A stretch of DNA of 64,000 nt, taken from Octopus vulgaris (taxonomy: Eukaryota). Shown here piece by piece: positions 50,346 through 63,800 of the stretch (within the stretch, counting starts at the first letter, position 1; each line of letters opens with the position of its first letter). The DNA lies in contig OX597816.1 of NCBI GenBank assembly GCA_951406725.2, forward strand, positions 168,764,001 to 168,828,000, written 5' to 3'. A program made the translations under genes and the position numbers. The notes below the pieces were generated by a model. The model was given only the letters and a program-made list of their open reading frames with translations, was not told the origin of the DNA and made no database searches.

Positions 50346-50457
50346 ACAGATAAGAGAACATGTTCAGAGTATTTACCACAGATAAGAGAACATGTTCAGA
50401 GTATTTACCACAGATAAGGGAACATGTTCAGAGTATTTACCACAGATAAGAGAACAT
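50346..50457. repeat. 32-bp tandem repeat x3.5
   Basis: Unit ACAGATAAGAGAACATGTTCAGAGTATTTACC, containing the palindrome GAACATGTTC. Confidence 0.9.
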
Positions 50458-51908
50458 ATATGTGTGTGTGTGTATTTTTGTGTGTCTGTGTTTGTCCCCC
50501 CCCAACATCGCTTGACAACCGATGCTGATGTGCTTACGTCCCTGTAACTTAGATGTTTCGCAAAAGAGACCGATAAAATAAGTACTAGGCTTCCAAAGAA
50601 TAAGTCCTGGGGTTGATTTGCTTGACTAAAGGCGGTGCTCCAGCATGGTCGCAGTCAACTGACTGAAACAAGTAAAAGAGTAAAGAGTAAAAGAGAGTAT
50701 ATCAATGTGAAGGAATATGTATTACATCATCATCATCATCGTTTAGCATTCGCTTCCCATGCTACCATGGGTTGGACGGTTCAACTGGGGTCTAGGAAGC
50801 CAGAAGGCTGCACCAGGCCCAGTCTGATCTGGCAATGTTTCTACGGCTGGATGCCCTTCCTAACGCCAACCACTCCATGAGTGTAGTGGGTGCTTTTTAC
50901 GTGCCACCGGCACAGGTGCCAGACGAGTCTGGCAAACGGCCACGATCGGATGGTGCTTTTTATGTGCCACCGGCACGGCTGAGTGCTAAAGGGTTAAAGC
51001 TATTTTGTTTTTGAAGTATTCTTGTTAATTCATACACTAGCATGCTTACTTGTTATGTTGCATGAGAGAAACGTTCATAGGATTGACTTGATTCTAGAAA
51101 GACCTAAAAATAGTAAATAAGGGGACACCCAGAAAATTTGCAGTACATAGATCAATGCAAGTGGTTTGTCAAATGGCAGAATGAAATGTCACCTTTTAGT
51201 AAATAAATTAGCATCTCAGTGCTTCAATCCAATTTGTCGCCCTTTTCAAGCCTAGCCTGGCTCATGGGCCCGGTTTCCCGGTTTCTGTGGCGTATGTGTT
51301 CCCCCCAGCTGGACAGCACGCCAGTCCATCGCAAAGTTACTCAAGAAACAGGAAGAGAGAGTGAGAGAAAGTTGTGGCGAAAGAGTACAACAGGGGTCGC
51401 CACCACCCCCTGCTGGAGCCTCGTGGAGCTTTTAGGTATTTTCACTCAATGAACACACACAACGCCCGGTCTGGGAATCGAAATGGCGATCCTCCGACCA
51501 CAAGTCCGCTGCCCTAACCACTGGGCCATTGTGCCTCCATGCGCCCTTTTAAAGCTTAACCAGGCTCATGGGCCCAGTTTCCCAGTTTCAATGGCATATG
51601 TGTTCCCCAGCTGGACGGGATGCCAGTCCATCACAGCGTTACTCATTTTTGCCAGCTGAGTGGACGGGAGCAACGTGAAATGAAGTCTTTTGCTCAAGAA
51701 CACAACGCGTCGCCCAGTCCAGGAATCAAAACCACAATCTTACGATCATGATGCTGACACCCTAACCACTAAGCCATGTGCCTCCACCTGCAATCCAATG
51801 CATAGAAATAAATAAATTACTAATGATGAATGATGTAATGGAAGTAATGTAGCCCAGAACAGGCAACAAAAGAAATAATACCTTATATATTTAGTAAATC
51901 ATTTGTTA

Positions 51909-51980
51909 AGCAGAGTGGTGCAGTGGAAGTGTGCTGACTCCATAACCCAGAGGTCCATAGATCAAAACTATGTTCTGCAA
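51909..51980 (+). pseudogene. Initiator tRNA-Met (CAT) pseudogene
   Basis: AGCAGAGTGGTGCAGTGGAAGTGTGCTGACTCCATAACCCAGAGGTCCATAGATCAAAACTATGTTCTGCAA is collinear with metazoan tRNA-iMet (AGCAGAGTGGCGCAGCGGAAGCGTGCTGGGCCCATAACCCAGAGGTC...GATCGAAAC...CTCTGCTA). CpGs are converted, and the anticodon stem and B-box are damaged. T6 run at 51999-52004. Confidence 0.85.
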
Positions 51981-52022
51981 AGAAATGGATGCCATCCATT
52001 TTTTACATTTATACATCACAAC

Positions 52023-55000
52023 TGAGTTGTCTGCAAATATACTAATCAAATATAGGTATCCACAGATGTAGGTACAAATTATATCTTGCAATAAAAATTT
52101 TGAGTTGTCTACAAATATACTAATCAAATATAGGTATCCACAGATGTAGGTACAAATCATATCTTGCAATATAAATTTTGAGTTATCTACAAATATACTA
52201 ATCAAATATAGGTATCCACAGATGTAGGTACAAATCATATCTTGCAATATAAATTTTGAGTTATCTACAAATATACTAATCAAATATAGGTATCCACAGA
52301 TGTAGGTACAAATTATATCTTGCAATAAAAATTTTGAGTTGTCTACAAATATACTAATCAACTATAGGTATCCACAGATGTAGGTACAAATCATATCTTG
52401 CAATATAAATTTTGAGTTATCTACAAATATACTAATCAAATATAGGTATCCACAGATGTAGGTACAAATTATATCTTGCAATATAAATTTTGAGTTATCT
52501 ACAAATATACTAATCAAATATAGGTATCCACAGATGTAGGTACAAATCATATCTTGCAATATAAATTTTGAGTTATCTACAAATATACTAATCAAATATA
52601 GGTATCCACAGATGTAGGTACAAATTATATCTTGCAATAAAAATTTTGAGTTATCTACAAATATACTAATCAACTATAGGTATCCACAGATGTAGGTACA
52701 AATCATATCTTGCAATATAAATTTTGAGTTATCTACAAATATACTAATCAAATATAGGTATCCACAGATGTAGGTACAAATTATATCTTGCAATAAAAAT
52801 TTTGAGTTGTCTACAAATATACTAATCAACTATAGGTATCCACAGATGTAGGTACAAATCATATCTTGCAATATAAATTTTGAGTTATCTACAAATATAC
52901 TAATCAAATATAGGTATCCACAGATGTAGGTACAAATTATATCTTGCAATAAAAATTTTGAGTTATCTACAAATATACTAATCAACTATAGGTATCCACA
53001 GATGTAGGTACAAATCATATCTTGCAATATAAATTTTGAGTTATCTACAAATATACTAATCAAATATAGGTATCCACAGATGTAGGTACAAATTATATCT
53101 TGCAATAAAAATTTTGAGTTGTCTACAAATATACTAATCAACTATAGGTATCCACAGATGTAGGTACAAATCATATCTTGCAATATAAATTTTGAGTTAT
53201 CTACAAATATACTAATCAAATATAGGTATCCACAGATGTAGGTACAAATTATATCTTGCAATATAAATTTTGAGTTATCTACAAATATACTAATCAAATA
53301 TAGGTATCCACAGATGTAGGTACAAATCATATCTTGCAATATAAATTTTGAGTTATCTACAAATATACTAATCAAATATAGGTATCCACAGATGTAGGTA
53401 CAAATCATATCTTGCAATATAAATTTTGAGTTATCTACAAATATACTAATCAAATATAGGTATCCACAGATGTAGGTACAAATTATATCTTGCAATAAAA
53501 ATTTTGAGTTGTCTACAAATATACTAATCAACTATAGGTATCCACAGATGTAGGTACAAATCATATCTTGCAATATAAATTTTGAGTTATCTACAAATAT
53601 ACTAATCAAATATAGGTATCCACAGATGTAGGTACAAATTATATCTTGCAATAAAAATTTTGAGTTATCTACAAATATACTAATCAACTATAGGTATCCA
53701 CAGATGTAGGTACAAATCATATCTTGCAATATAAATTTTGAGTTATCTACAAATATACTAATCAAATATAGGTATCCACAGATGTAGGTACAAATCATAT
53801 CTTGCAATATAAATTTTGAGTTATCTACAAATATACTAATCAAATATAGGTATCCACAGATGTAGGTACAAATTATATCTTGCAATAAAAATTTTGAGTT
53901 ATCTACAAATATACTAATCAACTATAGGTATCCACAGATGTAGGTACAAATCATATCTTGCAATATAAATTTTGAGTTATCTACAAATATACTAATCAAA
54001 TATAGGTATCCACAGATGTAGGTACAAATTATATCTTGCAATATAAATTTTGAGTTATCTACAAATATCCTAATCAAATATAGGTATCCACAGATGTAGG
54101 TACAAATCATATCTTGCAATATAAATTTTGAGTTCTCTACAAATATACTAATGAAATATAGGTATCCACAGATGTAGGTACAAATCATATCTTGCAATAA
54201 ACATTTTGAGTTCTCTACAAATATACTAATCAAATATAGGTATCCACAGATGTAGGTACAAATCATATCTTGCAATAAACATTTTGAGTTCTCTACAAAT
54301 ATACTAATCAACTATAGGTATCCACAGATGTAGGTACAAATCATATCTTGCAATATAAATTTTGAGTTCTCTACAAATATACTAATCAAATATAGGTATC
54401 CACAGATGTAGGTACAAATTATATCTTGCAATATAAATTTTGAGTTGTCTACAAATATACTAATCAAATATAGGTATCCATATCTTGCAATAAAAATTTT
54501 GAGTTGTCTACAAATATACTAATTAAATATAGGTATCCACAGATGTAGGTACAAATTATATCTTGCAATAAAAATTTTGAGTTGTCTACAAATATACTAA
54601 TCAAATATAGGTATCCACAGATGTAGGTACAAATCATATCTTGCAATAAACATTTTGAGTTCTCTACAAATATACTAATCAACTATAGGTATCCACAGAT
54701 GTAGGTACAAATCATATCTTGCAATATAAATTTTGAGTTCTCTACAAATATACTAATCAAATATAGGTATCCACAGATGTAGGTACAAATTATATCTTGC
54801 AATAAAAACTTTGAGTTGTCTACAAATATACTAATCAAATATAGGTATCCATATCTTGCAATAAAAATTTTGAGTTGTCTACAAATATACTAATCAAATA
54901 TAGGTATCCACAGATGTAGGTACAAATCATATCTTGCAACATAAATTTTGAGTTTTCTACAAATATACTAATCAAATATAGGTATCCACAGATGTAGGTA

Positions 55001-55260
55001 CAAATCATATCTTGCAATATAAATTTTGAGTTCTCTACAAATATACTAATCAAATATAGGTATCCACAGATGTAGGTACAAATCATATCTTGCAATATAA
55101 ATTTTGAGTTCTCTACAAATATATTAATCAACTATAGGTATCCACAGATGTAGGTACAAATCATATCTTGCAATATAAATTTTGAGTTCTCTACAAATAT
55201 ACTAATTAAATATAGGTATCCACAGATGTAGGTACAAATTATATCTTGCAATAAAAATTT
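52023..55260. repeat. 78-bp tandem satellite, about 42 copies
   Basis: Unit TGAGTTATCTACAAATATACTAATCAAATATAGGTATCCACAGATGTAGGTACAAATCATATCTTGCAATATAAATTT; highly homogeneous; two units carry the same 19-bp deletion. Confidence 0.97.
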
Positions 55261-56061
55261 ATACCGGGTCAAGGGGTCACCAAATAACAGGGGTTACTGC
55301 AAAATCCAAATAACATAGTGAGCAAAAACACCAGCAACATGACTTTTTACTTAATATAAAATATGATTCCATTTTATGTCTTAGTCACTCCAACTCGCTT
55401 ACAATGAAGAAAGAAATGCCACAATCTAATTTATTCAATACTCAATTCGTGTCATGAAAATAAATTCACGCAAAAATATTGTAATGAGCAAAGTAAAACT
55501 CGTTTATCAGAAAGAAAAGATTTCTCGTTAGTATGGCAATCATCTGTTGTAATCTGATGCCTTGATTTCATTTAGCACAAACATGATCTTCCATTTTCAA
55601 ATCAAATTTCTAAAATCAGCTTTAAATCCCTTAAACCATAACCCAATAAACATGCTCAGCACACTGGTATATTTACCATTATCTACTTACCATTATATAT
55701 ATGACTGATATTTGTATCCCTGCCCGCTCAAGAAAATAAACATCAACCAATATTTCTAACCAACAGGCGCAGGAGTGGCTGTGTGGTAAGTAGCTTGCTA
55801 ACCAACCACATGGTTCCGGGTTCAGTCCCACTGCGTGGCATCTTGGGCAAGTGTCTTCTGCTATAGCCCCGGGCCGACCAAAGCCTTGTGAGTGGATTTG
55901 GTAGACGGAAACTGAAAGAAGCCCGTTGTATATATGTATATATATATATATATATATGCGTGTGTGTGTTTGTGTGTCTGTGTTTGTGCCCCTAGTATTG
56001 CTTGACAACCGATGCTGGTGTGTTTATGTCCCCGTTACTTAGCGGTTCGGCAAAAGAGACC

Positions 56062-56720
56062 GATTGGTTGACATTGTCGCTTGACTTATTTCGCACCAGT
56101 GTGTAAGCCAACCAATCACGGCCTTCGGATAAGGTCCAATGACACAGTCTTTTGGGGGTTTCACTGGAGTCTTTAACAGAAAATCACTATTTTTCGTCTT
56201 AGGTTCCAGTCCTTCTCAGGGCTAACCTCTTACCACAGAGCAACTCAACCATGTTCCAGCAACTCCCGTCTTAGGTTCCAGTCCTTCTCAGGACTAACCT
56301 CTGACCACAGAGCGACATCCGACAGTTCCATGTTCCAGCGACCCAGCCATGTTCCTGCTCCAGCAGCGCCGACGCCATCATCTCAACCGTCGCCGTTCTC
56401 CATCTACGTCGCCTTCATCTCCAGCAACACCTATACGTACACGGCCACTCGCTCAGGTTTAAACTCCACGCTGTTGTGATATTCACCGAGGTTAACAGCA
56501 CAGCACTACCTGCGAGATCTTCTGTACCAATGTAACCTAGCACAGCATTGAAGCCACAACCTCTACACGACATGTGTTCAACCAGCATTCTGCCTTGTGA
56601 CCCCAACATCCTGTTACAGAACTACAACTATTCTGTACTTTACTACGAACTGGTAAATTAACTCCATCTTGTCTAAAATATCCTGAGTGACTCATTCTAT
56701 GCTCTGTATTGTATTCTGTC
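56062..56720 (-). mobile_element. Inverted, diverged relative of the region upstream of the Penelope ORF (61370-61605)
   Basis: The reverse complement shares GCAGGAACATRGCTGGRTCGCTGGAAC and AAGGCCGTGATTGGTTGGCTTAC.CACTGG.GCGAAATAAG with that region; internal ~45-bp direct repeat. Right edge approximate. Confidence 0.6.
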
Positions 56721-58850
56721 TCACATACGCATACACCCTGTTTGTACTTCTAGTAATCCCAAATTGTTCTGCCTATCGCAAGACGAAAACCGCACGAGCA
56801 TTTGATTTGAAAGACTAACAAAGAATCGTAAAATATTCTGTCGGAAAGTCAACAATTCATCAGGGGCAATGGTTGTAGCATTTTCGTATAAAATTCTCTC
56901 AGTTACAGCGCCAAAGTAGATACAATCTAATGGGTGGTGTGTCGTTACATCATAGACATTAACCTCACACACATTGATGACAGACAGTAAGTCAGGTCTG
57001 ATGAAATTGCTCAAAAGTCCCTTCATTTCAGCGTTGGTGGCTCTTTTAAGCTTATGCATCCAATAGCCTTCGGCCTGGAATTCCAGATTAAGTTTGTTAA
57101 CATTGTTTAAAATGAAAGAGAGAAATGCTAAATACATCTTTGTAAGAGGATTCTTCATTTCAGTGAGAATTCGTCGGGCCGTAATCGGACACCCACCTTC
57201 TAATGTTGCCTGTGTGAAATATGCCAGCAGCGTTGGCCACTGCTCTAAAATGCGCTGCATAACTTGCTTGAGAGACAGCCATCTAGTGCAACTTGCATGC
57301 AGGGTTTTGTGATGATCAATTGAAGCTATTTTCTGCAGATCTTTGAATTCGTTGATATGCTTAGGACTGTGACTAAAGTATGCATGAATACTTGTCAATT
57401 CTTCGACAGAATTCAGTAATTCATTGCACGCGTTTCATGAACATAAGCGTAAAGAATGACAAACAACAGGCTTGCACAAAAAGATCTAGCCTGTTCTGCT
57501 TCAACAAATGCTGAACGCTTCCTTTGTTTCCCATCATAACATTTGCATTATCACAGGCGAAACCTATCAAATTTTCCAGAGGAATAGCATGTTCGTTTAA
57601 AAATGACAGAAGACAGTTGTATGTACCCGTAGCACTGCAATCCTGAATTTCCATAAGTGTAACAAAATCGTCGACTGTCTTTTGAATTTCAACGTCATAA
57701 TATCTGGAAACCTGGACAAGTTGTTTTAGTGTTGAAACATCACTTGTTTCATCAACAAGTGAGAATTTTGATGAATGAAGTTTTTTTTTGGGTTTTTTTT
57801 TTTGACAAAGCGTTGAAGCCGTAGAGGCCAATGGCTTTAAGAAAGATGTATGCGCCCTTCGTTCGGGCACACTTTGCATCCTGGGCGATTTTAGAATCAG
57901 GACAGGCGTTTGCATCAAGGCCAAGTAAGTGGTCTAAAATAGAAATTGGGAGATTATACTCAGCAACAAATGCACAGCGTTTTAATTCAGCAGCTGCTAC
58001 TTTTTTGCAATGTGAAGAAAACGATGAGGCCTCGAAATAATTGTCAACTTTTTTGCTTTATTTGTTTCATATGCATTCTTGCGGTGTTTTTCTATCTGTT
58101 CATGTCGTAAAATTTGGCTCAAACAACAGGCAATTTCACACTTGCATAATATGCATTTGCCTTTAGTTGTATCGTTCTTGCCTCGCTCCAACCAACTAGA
58201 AAATATTTCATCACACAATTTTAGCGGAAGTTTCTTTTCATACGATGCCCATCTAGCCTTCTTATCTGATGCTTCATGTTCATTATCTGAGGAATGTTCT
58301 GTTTTCAAAGTTCTATCACTCATATCTTGCTCCAGTTATAGTTCTGTAAGATTTATTTGAATTAATCAAATTATTAAACACATTACATACCGTTTAAAAT
58401 CCGGGTTAAGAAATCTGTTTGTGTTCAGACTGCTAGAGCGGGATTGTATAAATAAGCACTGTAAAATTGAGTCTAATTTATCAAACTTTTAAAAAACACA
58501 ATCACGTACCTTCAGTCTGTGAGAAAACTTCTTGTGTTATGACAGCTATGGTGTGGTAGACAGGACGTATATACGTTCACCCCAAATTACAGACGCCCTT
58601 GACCTCATTAGTCAACGCGTGCGTGCATGCAGACCCGTATGCGAAAGCAGACAGGACGTACTTTTATTTTTATTAAGCTCACAAACACGTATATGTGTAA
58701 AATCAATCAATCAATGCGTCAAAATCTGAATTTTAAAAACCAATGGCAAGATCACCAAAACGTACAGCAAATTCGCCTGAACGTACAGCACATCAAAATT
58801 TTGGCCAAAACATACAGTTTTGGATGAACGTACAGTAATTGGCAGCGCTG
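56721..58850 (-). mobile_element. hAT-superfamily DNA transposon, 3'-truncated, frameshifted transposase
   Basis: Terminus CAGCGCTGCCAATTACTGTACG at 58850 with subterminal AACGTACAG repeats; zinc-finger-like WL..CILC..RHEQIEKH; FSLVDETSD, FACDNANVM and TRWLSL...RILEQW. Confidence 0.85.
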
Positions 58851-58907
58851 TCAGTTGTGTAAAGTGTCACCCAAGCTGATGATTATTGGTAATTTAACTT
58901 ATCTTGC

Positions 58908-59113
58908 AACAAAACAATACAGCTCCCATGACTTTCGGAAACATTTTTTCACGCTCAGAGTTGCTGAAGCATGGAATAAACTGCCTGCGTCAGTTGTTGA
59001 CTGCCATGACACTGCATCTTTTAAGGCCCTCATGCTTTCCGAAATCCGCCGAAACTTCACCTGATTATATATACACTTTAGATGAGTTGTAGTGCACCTG
59101 AGCACTGTACACA

Positions 59114-59147
<34 letters not shown>
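58908..59147 (+). mobile_element. CR1-like LINE 3' end
   Basis: Homologous to 3990-4300; (ATT)n tail. Confidence 0.8.
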
Positions 59148-59149
<2 letters not shown>

Positions 59150-60859
59150 ACTTGTGCGTATTTATCAGCTTTGTTTTTGTTGATAAGAATTATCAACAAC
59201 TTTTCCTGTGATCATGATTTGAGAAGACATCCAGAAGCATGCTAAAGACTGGACATAATCTCTTATGGGCAAGAAAGGCACAATAAAGTTTATTATAAAC
59301 AACACAAACACTTCATAATTTAATACCTTTCAATGTGATACCTGTTAAACAGAAATTATCTTTATTTAATGAAGATTTAATAAAAGTGAAATTATGCTAA
59401 ATACAACTAAATTGAAAACCGTTTCCTCCAGTCCTTATCGGCAATTCTGAAAATCTTTGGGTGCGAATTTTATACGAGTAGAATTTTAACGATTTTTATA
59501 GGAGTGGCTGCCCACTCAAGAAAATAAACATCAACCAATATTTCTAACCAATAGGCGCAGGAGTGGCTGTGTGGTAAGTAGCTTGCTAACCAACCACATG
59601 GTTCCGAGTTCAGTCCCACTGCGTGGCATCTTGGGCAAGTGTCTTCTGCTATAACCCGGGCTGACCAATGCCTTGTGAGTGGATTTGGTAGACGGAAACT
59701 GAAAGAAGCCTGTCGTATATATATATATATATATATAGTGTGTGTGTGTATGTGTTTATGTGTCTGTGTTTGTCCCCTAGCATTGCTTGACAACCGATGC
59801 TGGTGTGTTTACGTCCCCGTTACTTAGCGGTTCGGCAAAAGAGACCGATAGAATAAGTACTGGGCTTAGAAAGAATAAGTCGCGGGGTCGATTTGCTCGA
59901 CTAAAGGCGGTGCTCCAGCATGGCCTCAGTCAAATGACTGAAACAAGTAAAAGAGTAAGGTGCACGAATTACATGGGTTTTTACAGTAATGTAAATCAAA
60001 CTATGGACAGAAACCCAGATAGCAAAACTCTCAGCCAAATCCAGCTTATTACATAGACACATACACGTATACATGTCCACATTTAATTTTCAGATTGACC
60101 CTCCCTCTATACCCATGCACCCCTGCACACCCATCAACCCAATCCTGCCTCCATCTCCAACCCTACTCTACAGGCATTTACCTCATACACCATTATGGCA
60201 CTGCTTGCACCCTATCCAAGAGATTAAACTAATACAAACAAAAGTTTTTCCCTATGAGTCTTTGTACAGGGTTTTGTTTTCTACTTTTTACGACAACCAC
60301 ATCATAAAAGTTCACTATCCTAAGGTGATAACTCACCATAATAGATAGAGTCCTAAGTTTTTGAAAAACCTAATTCTAATAAATTTTTTCCAATTCTGAG
60401 GCCTTTTAAAGCATTCTAGAGGCTCCAGAAGAAAATCCAAAGACTGTGTCATGTGACCTTATCCTAAGGCCGTGATTGGTTGGCTTACACACTGCTACTC
60501 TTATGGAAGGAGAAGAAAGCATCATCCTTGTACAGATCACCCTGTATAATCTAAGTGGATGTTTCCTCACTACAAGAATGCAGCCTCCTCCCACCAAATT
60601 GTATGCATCTCTATACACAGGTGAATTCATACAAGTTTTTTCCATATTAATTTGTTCAATCATAGGCGCAGGCATGGCTGTGTGATAAGAAGCTTGCTTC
60701 CCAACCACATGGTTCTGGGTTCAGTCCTACTGCATTGCACCTTGGACAAGTGTTTTCATATTTTAGTCTAGGGCCAACCAAAAATATTGAGTGATTTCAT
60801 AGATGGAAACTGAAAGAAGCCCATTGTGTGGATACACACACACACACACACACAATAGC

Positions 60860-63800
60860 ACACCACCCGGATTACCACTGGATATATGGACTCTACTTTC
60901 ACAGATTTCGCTGGAATTTTTCGTTGATGTAAATCACTCCAATCTACTACGACTTTTAAACTTTATGAACAGTCTTATTCCGTACGTTATTACTTTACCT
61001 TGCTCTCTCCTTTTCTTGTTTCCTTCTTATCTTCTCTTCTTCTCTCCTTTTTACTTCTCTCCACGGCTTTTGAACTTTCACACTCCGTACGTTATTACGT
61101 TGCCTTTCTCTCTCCTCTTCTTTTTTCTTTTTGTTCCTTTTTTCCAGCATACCTCATTACAAATCCAGCATGCCTAATTACAAATCCTGCTACCTTCCAC
61201 TGCCTAAAGAAACACCTTTCCACACTTCCTTTCTGCTGCTTTCAACTTTCTATTAATCTTTCCCTACTAATTTTCCAAAAAAACACGCTTCTGTCGTCAT
61301 GTGTAGTGACGCTACTGTGTAAGTTTCAGCGCGCATAAAGTCCTGAGTTGTTGCATGTTGGTGTCGCAGCTGGCTGTAGCAGGAACATAGCTGGATCGCT
61401 GGAACTGGCGTCATCTGGCTGATCTGGCGTGGTCAATGGTCAGAGACCAAAGACCCGGAATGGTAAATTCTGAGGCCTTTTAAAGCATTCTAGAGGCTCC
61501 AGAAGAAAATCCAAAGACTGTGTCATGTGACCTTATCCTAAGGCCGTGATTGGTTGGCTTACTCACTGGCGCGAAATAAGACTGCACCAAAACCAACCAA
61601 TCAGAGTAGCAGACACAACTGAGCCTAAGCAGCCGAAAGATGACTGCTATCTAACACGACATCATTTCTAATATATCTCTCAAACAGTGAGAAGATCACC
61701 AAGCTATGCTACACGTTTCCTTTCTCAGTCACTGCCTTCACCACCACCTCATCCCCAAAGGTTTCCACCTCCATTTCCACCCCACTTTCTGCTCTGCTTC
61801 TGCCATCCTACCCATACTCTGTACTACTTCCTATCGCGTTATGCATGCCACCATTCGTTCTAATCTCTCCAAAATACACATCCTCGACCGCCTTCCCCCT
61901 CTCGTTTATTCCACCCTTTTCTCCTGCTTTCTATCATCCGTTGCACACTTCACTCTTCGTACTCCATTTCAATAATCTTTTCCACGAGTTCCTTGCCTGC
62001 ACTAAACAACACAAACCCCACTCACCCCTTCATTCTGTCCCACCCAATGCTACTACACCCACCCTCCTCCATTCCTTCCCTCTCCAATCAACTCTCCCTT
62101 CATCTTCACTGCCACCCTTCCATTACTCCTACTCCCCATGCACTTCCTCCTCCCAGCCTCCCACTGCCTCTACCACTCCTCCCACAGATAACCCATCCAC
62201 CTCCACCCCACTTCAGTCTGTTGTTACCATTCCTCATGATCTTCTCCTCTCTGAGATGAAGCACTCTCTTCTCAGTAGGGTTCTGTGTTTCATCCTCATC
62301 CATCCATCCAGTAATGAATTTCAGACCCGTGCTGATATTCATAGCTTTGTGCGCCGTGTCAGGCTATATGCACTATTCCACAACACTCCACCTGCATCTA
62401 ATGAAGAGGACTGCTTCACCGACCTGGGCCACCGACCATCCCACTGGACGCCAGCTCAATCATTTTGCAAGTATCTGCCAATATGTTGTGGACTGGTTCA
62501 ACTTTTGCAGGTGTCCCCAACATCTTAACATCTTCCCGGCTGAACTCTCAGCCCTCCGATGTCTTCGACACCGCAAAGACATTATCATAAAATTGGCCAA
62601 CAAGGGTGGAGCCGTGGTAGTCTGGCACACAGACCTCTACAAGGCTGAAGCTCTCTGTCAACTTCAAGACACCTCCTTCTATTGCCCTCTACTCTCTAAC
62701 CCCACGCCTAACTACCAACAGACTGTGTCCTCCGCTATCTATGACCTCATTTCCTCCTCTCATCTCCCTCCAACCTCATTGTCCGCACTCCAAGCACCCC
62801 TACAATTTACTTCCTTCCTAAAATCCACAAGCCCAACAACCCTGGCCACCCCATCGTTTCCACCTGCAACTACCCTGTGGAATTGATCACCAAGTACCTC
62901 GACCGTGACCTTGCCCTTCTAGTGGCTTCCCTCCCTTCCCACATCCACGACACTAACCATGCTCTCTATTTCTTTAACTCTTTCTCCTTTCCTTCTGGTC
63001 CCTCTAAACTTCTCTTCACTATTGATATCAAGAGTTTATATAGAGTGATCCCACACAACGAAGAACTTCTTGCATTGAAACACTTTCTGGACTTTTGACC
63101 CAACCCCCAACTTGACACCTCCACACTTCTTTGTCTGGCCGAAATTGTTCTCTCCCTCAACTGCTTCTCGTTCACGGGAGATTTTTTACCAACAGGTCTT
63201 GGGAGTGGCCATGGGAACGAGAACGGGCCCAATTATACGAACCTGTTCATTCGCTACGTTGAGGTCCAAATATTCTCACAATTCGTTATATTGATGACTG
63301 TATCGGTGCGACCTCATACTCCCGTGAACAACTAGATTCCTTCCATCCTGCCCTCGAATTCTCCTTCACTATTTCTAACTCTTCCGTGGCATTTCTTGAC
63401 ATTTCTGTTAGTATACACTGCTCCGCTCTCACTACCTCCATACCGACTTAGACTCATACCTCAACTTCTCCTCCTCCCACCCAAACCACACCAAGCTCTC
63501 CATCCCCTACTCCCAATTCTTCCGTCTGCACAGGCTGTGAAGTGATGACCATGACTGAAACTCAGTCTCAACTCATAGCTCGCCACTTCACCCTTCATGG
63601 ATATCCCCTCACCACTATTCACACTGCCCTCACCAGAGCACACTCCGTGGACTGTGCCTCTGCTCTCTCACTGCACCTGCCCCATCTCCCCTCACATACC
63701 ACCCTTACCCTCCAATGCACCAATCTCCGAGTCTTCCAGTGATTCCAGTCCGACCCTCCACCTCACACATCTTCTACAACCTACCCCTTCCCTCCTTCAA

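Noticed and set aside
51906-55131. Repetitive ORFs (ICTYICGYLYLISIFVDNSKFILQD)n on the minus strand
   Set aside because: By-product of a 78-bp (26-codon) satellite. One common variant creates TAG, the 19-bp deletions shift frame, and there are no splice signals.
52023-55260. CRISPR-like array
   Set aside because: Head-to-tail near-identical units without unique spacers, no cas genes, and a eukaryotic context.
16019-59793. Recurring ORFs such as MLGGQTQTHKH..., MSSNARGTNTDTQ... and ...LQLDALPNANHS...
   Set aside because: Chance frames within high-copy SINE or RTE-tail repeats, not a gene family.
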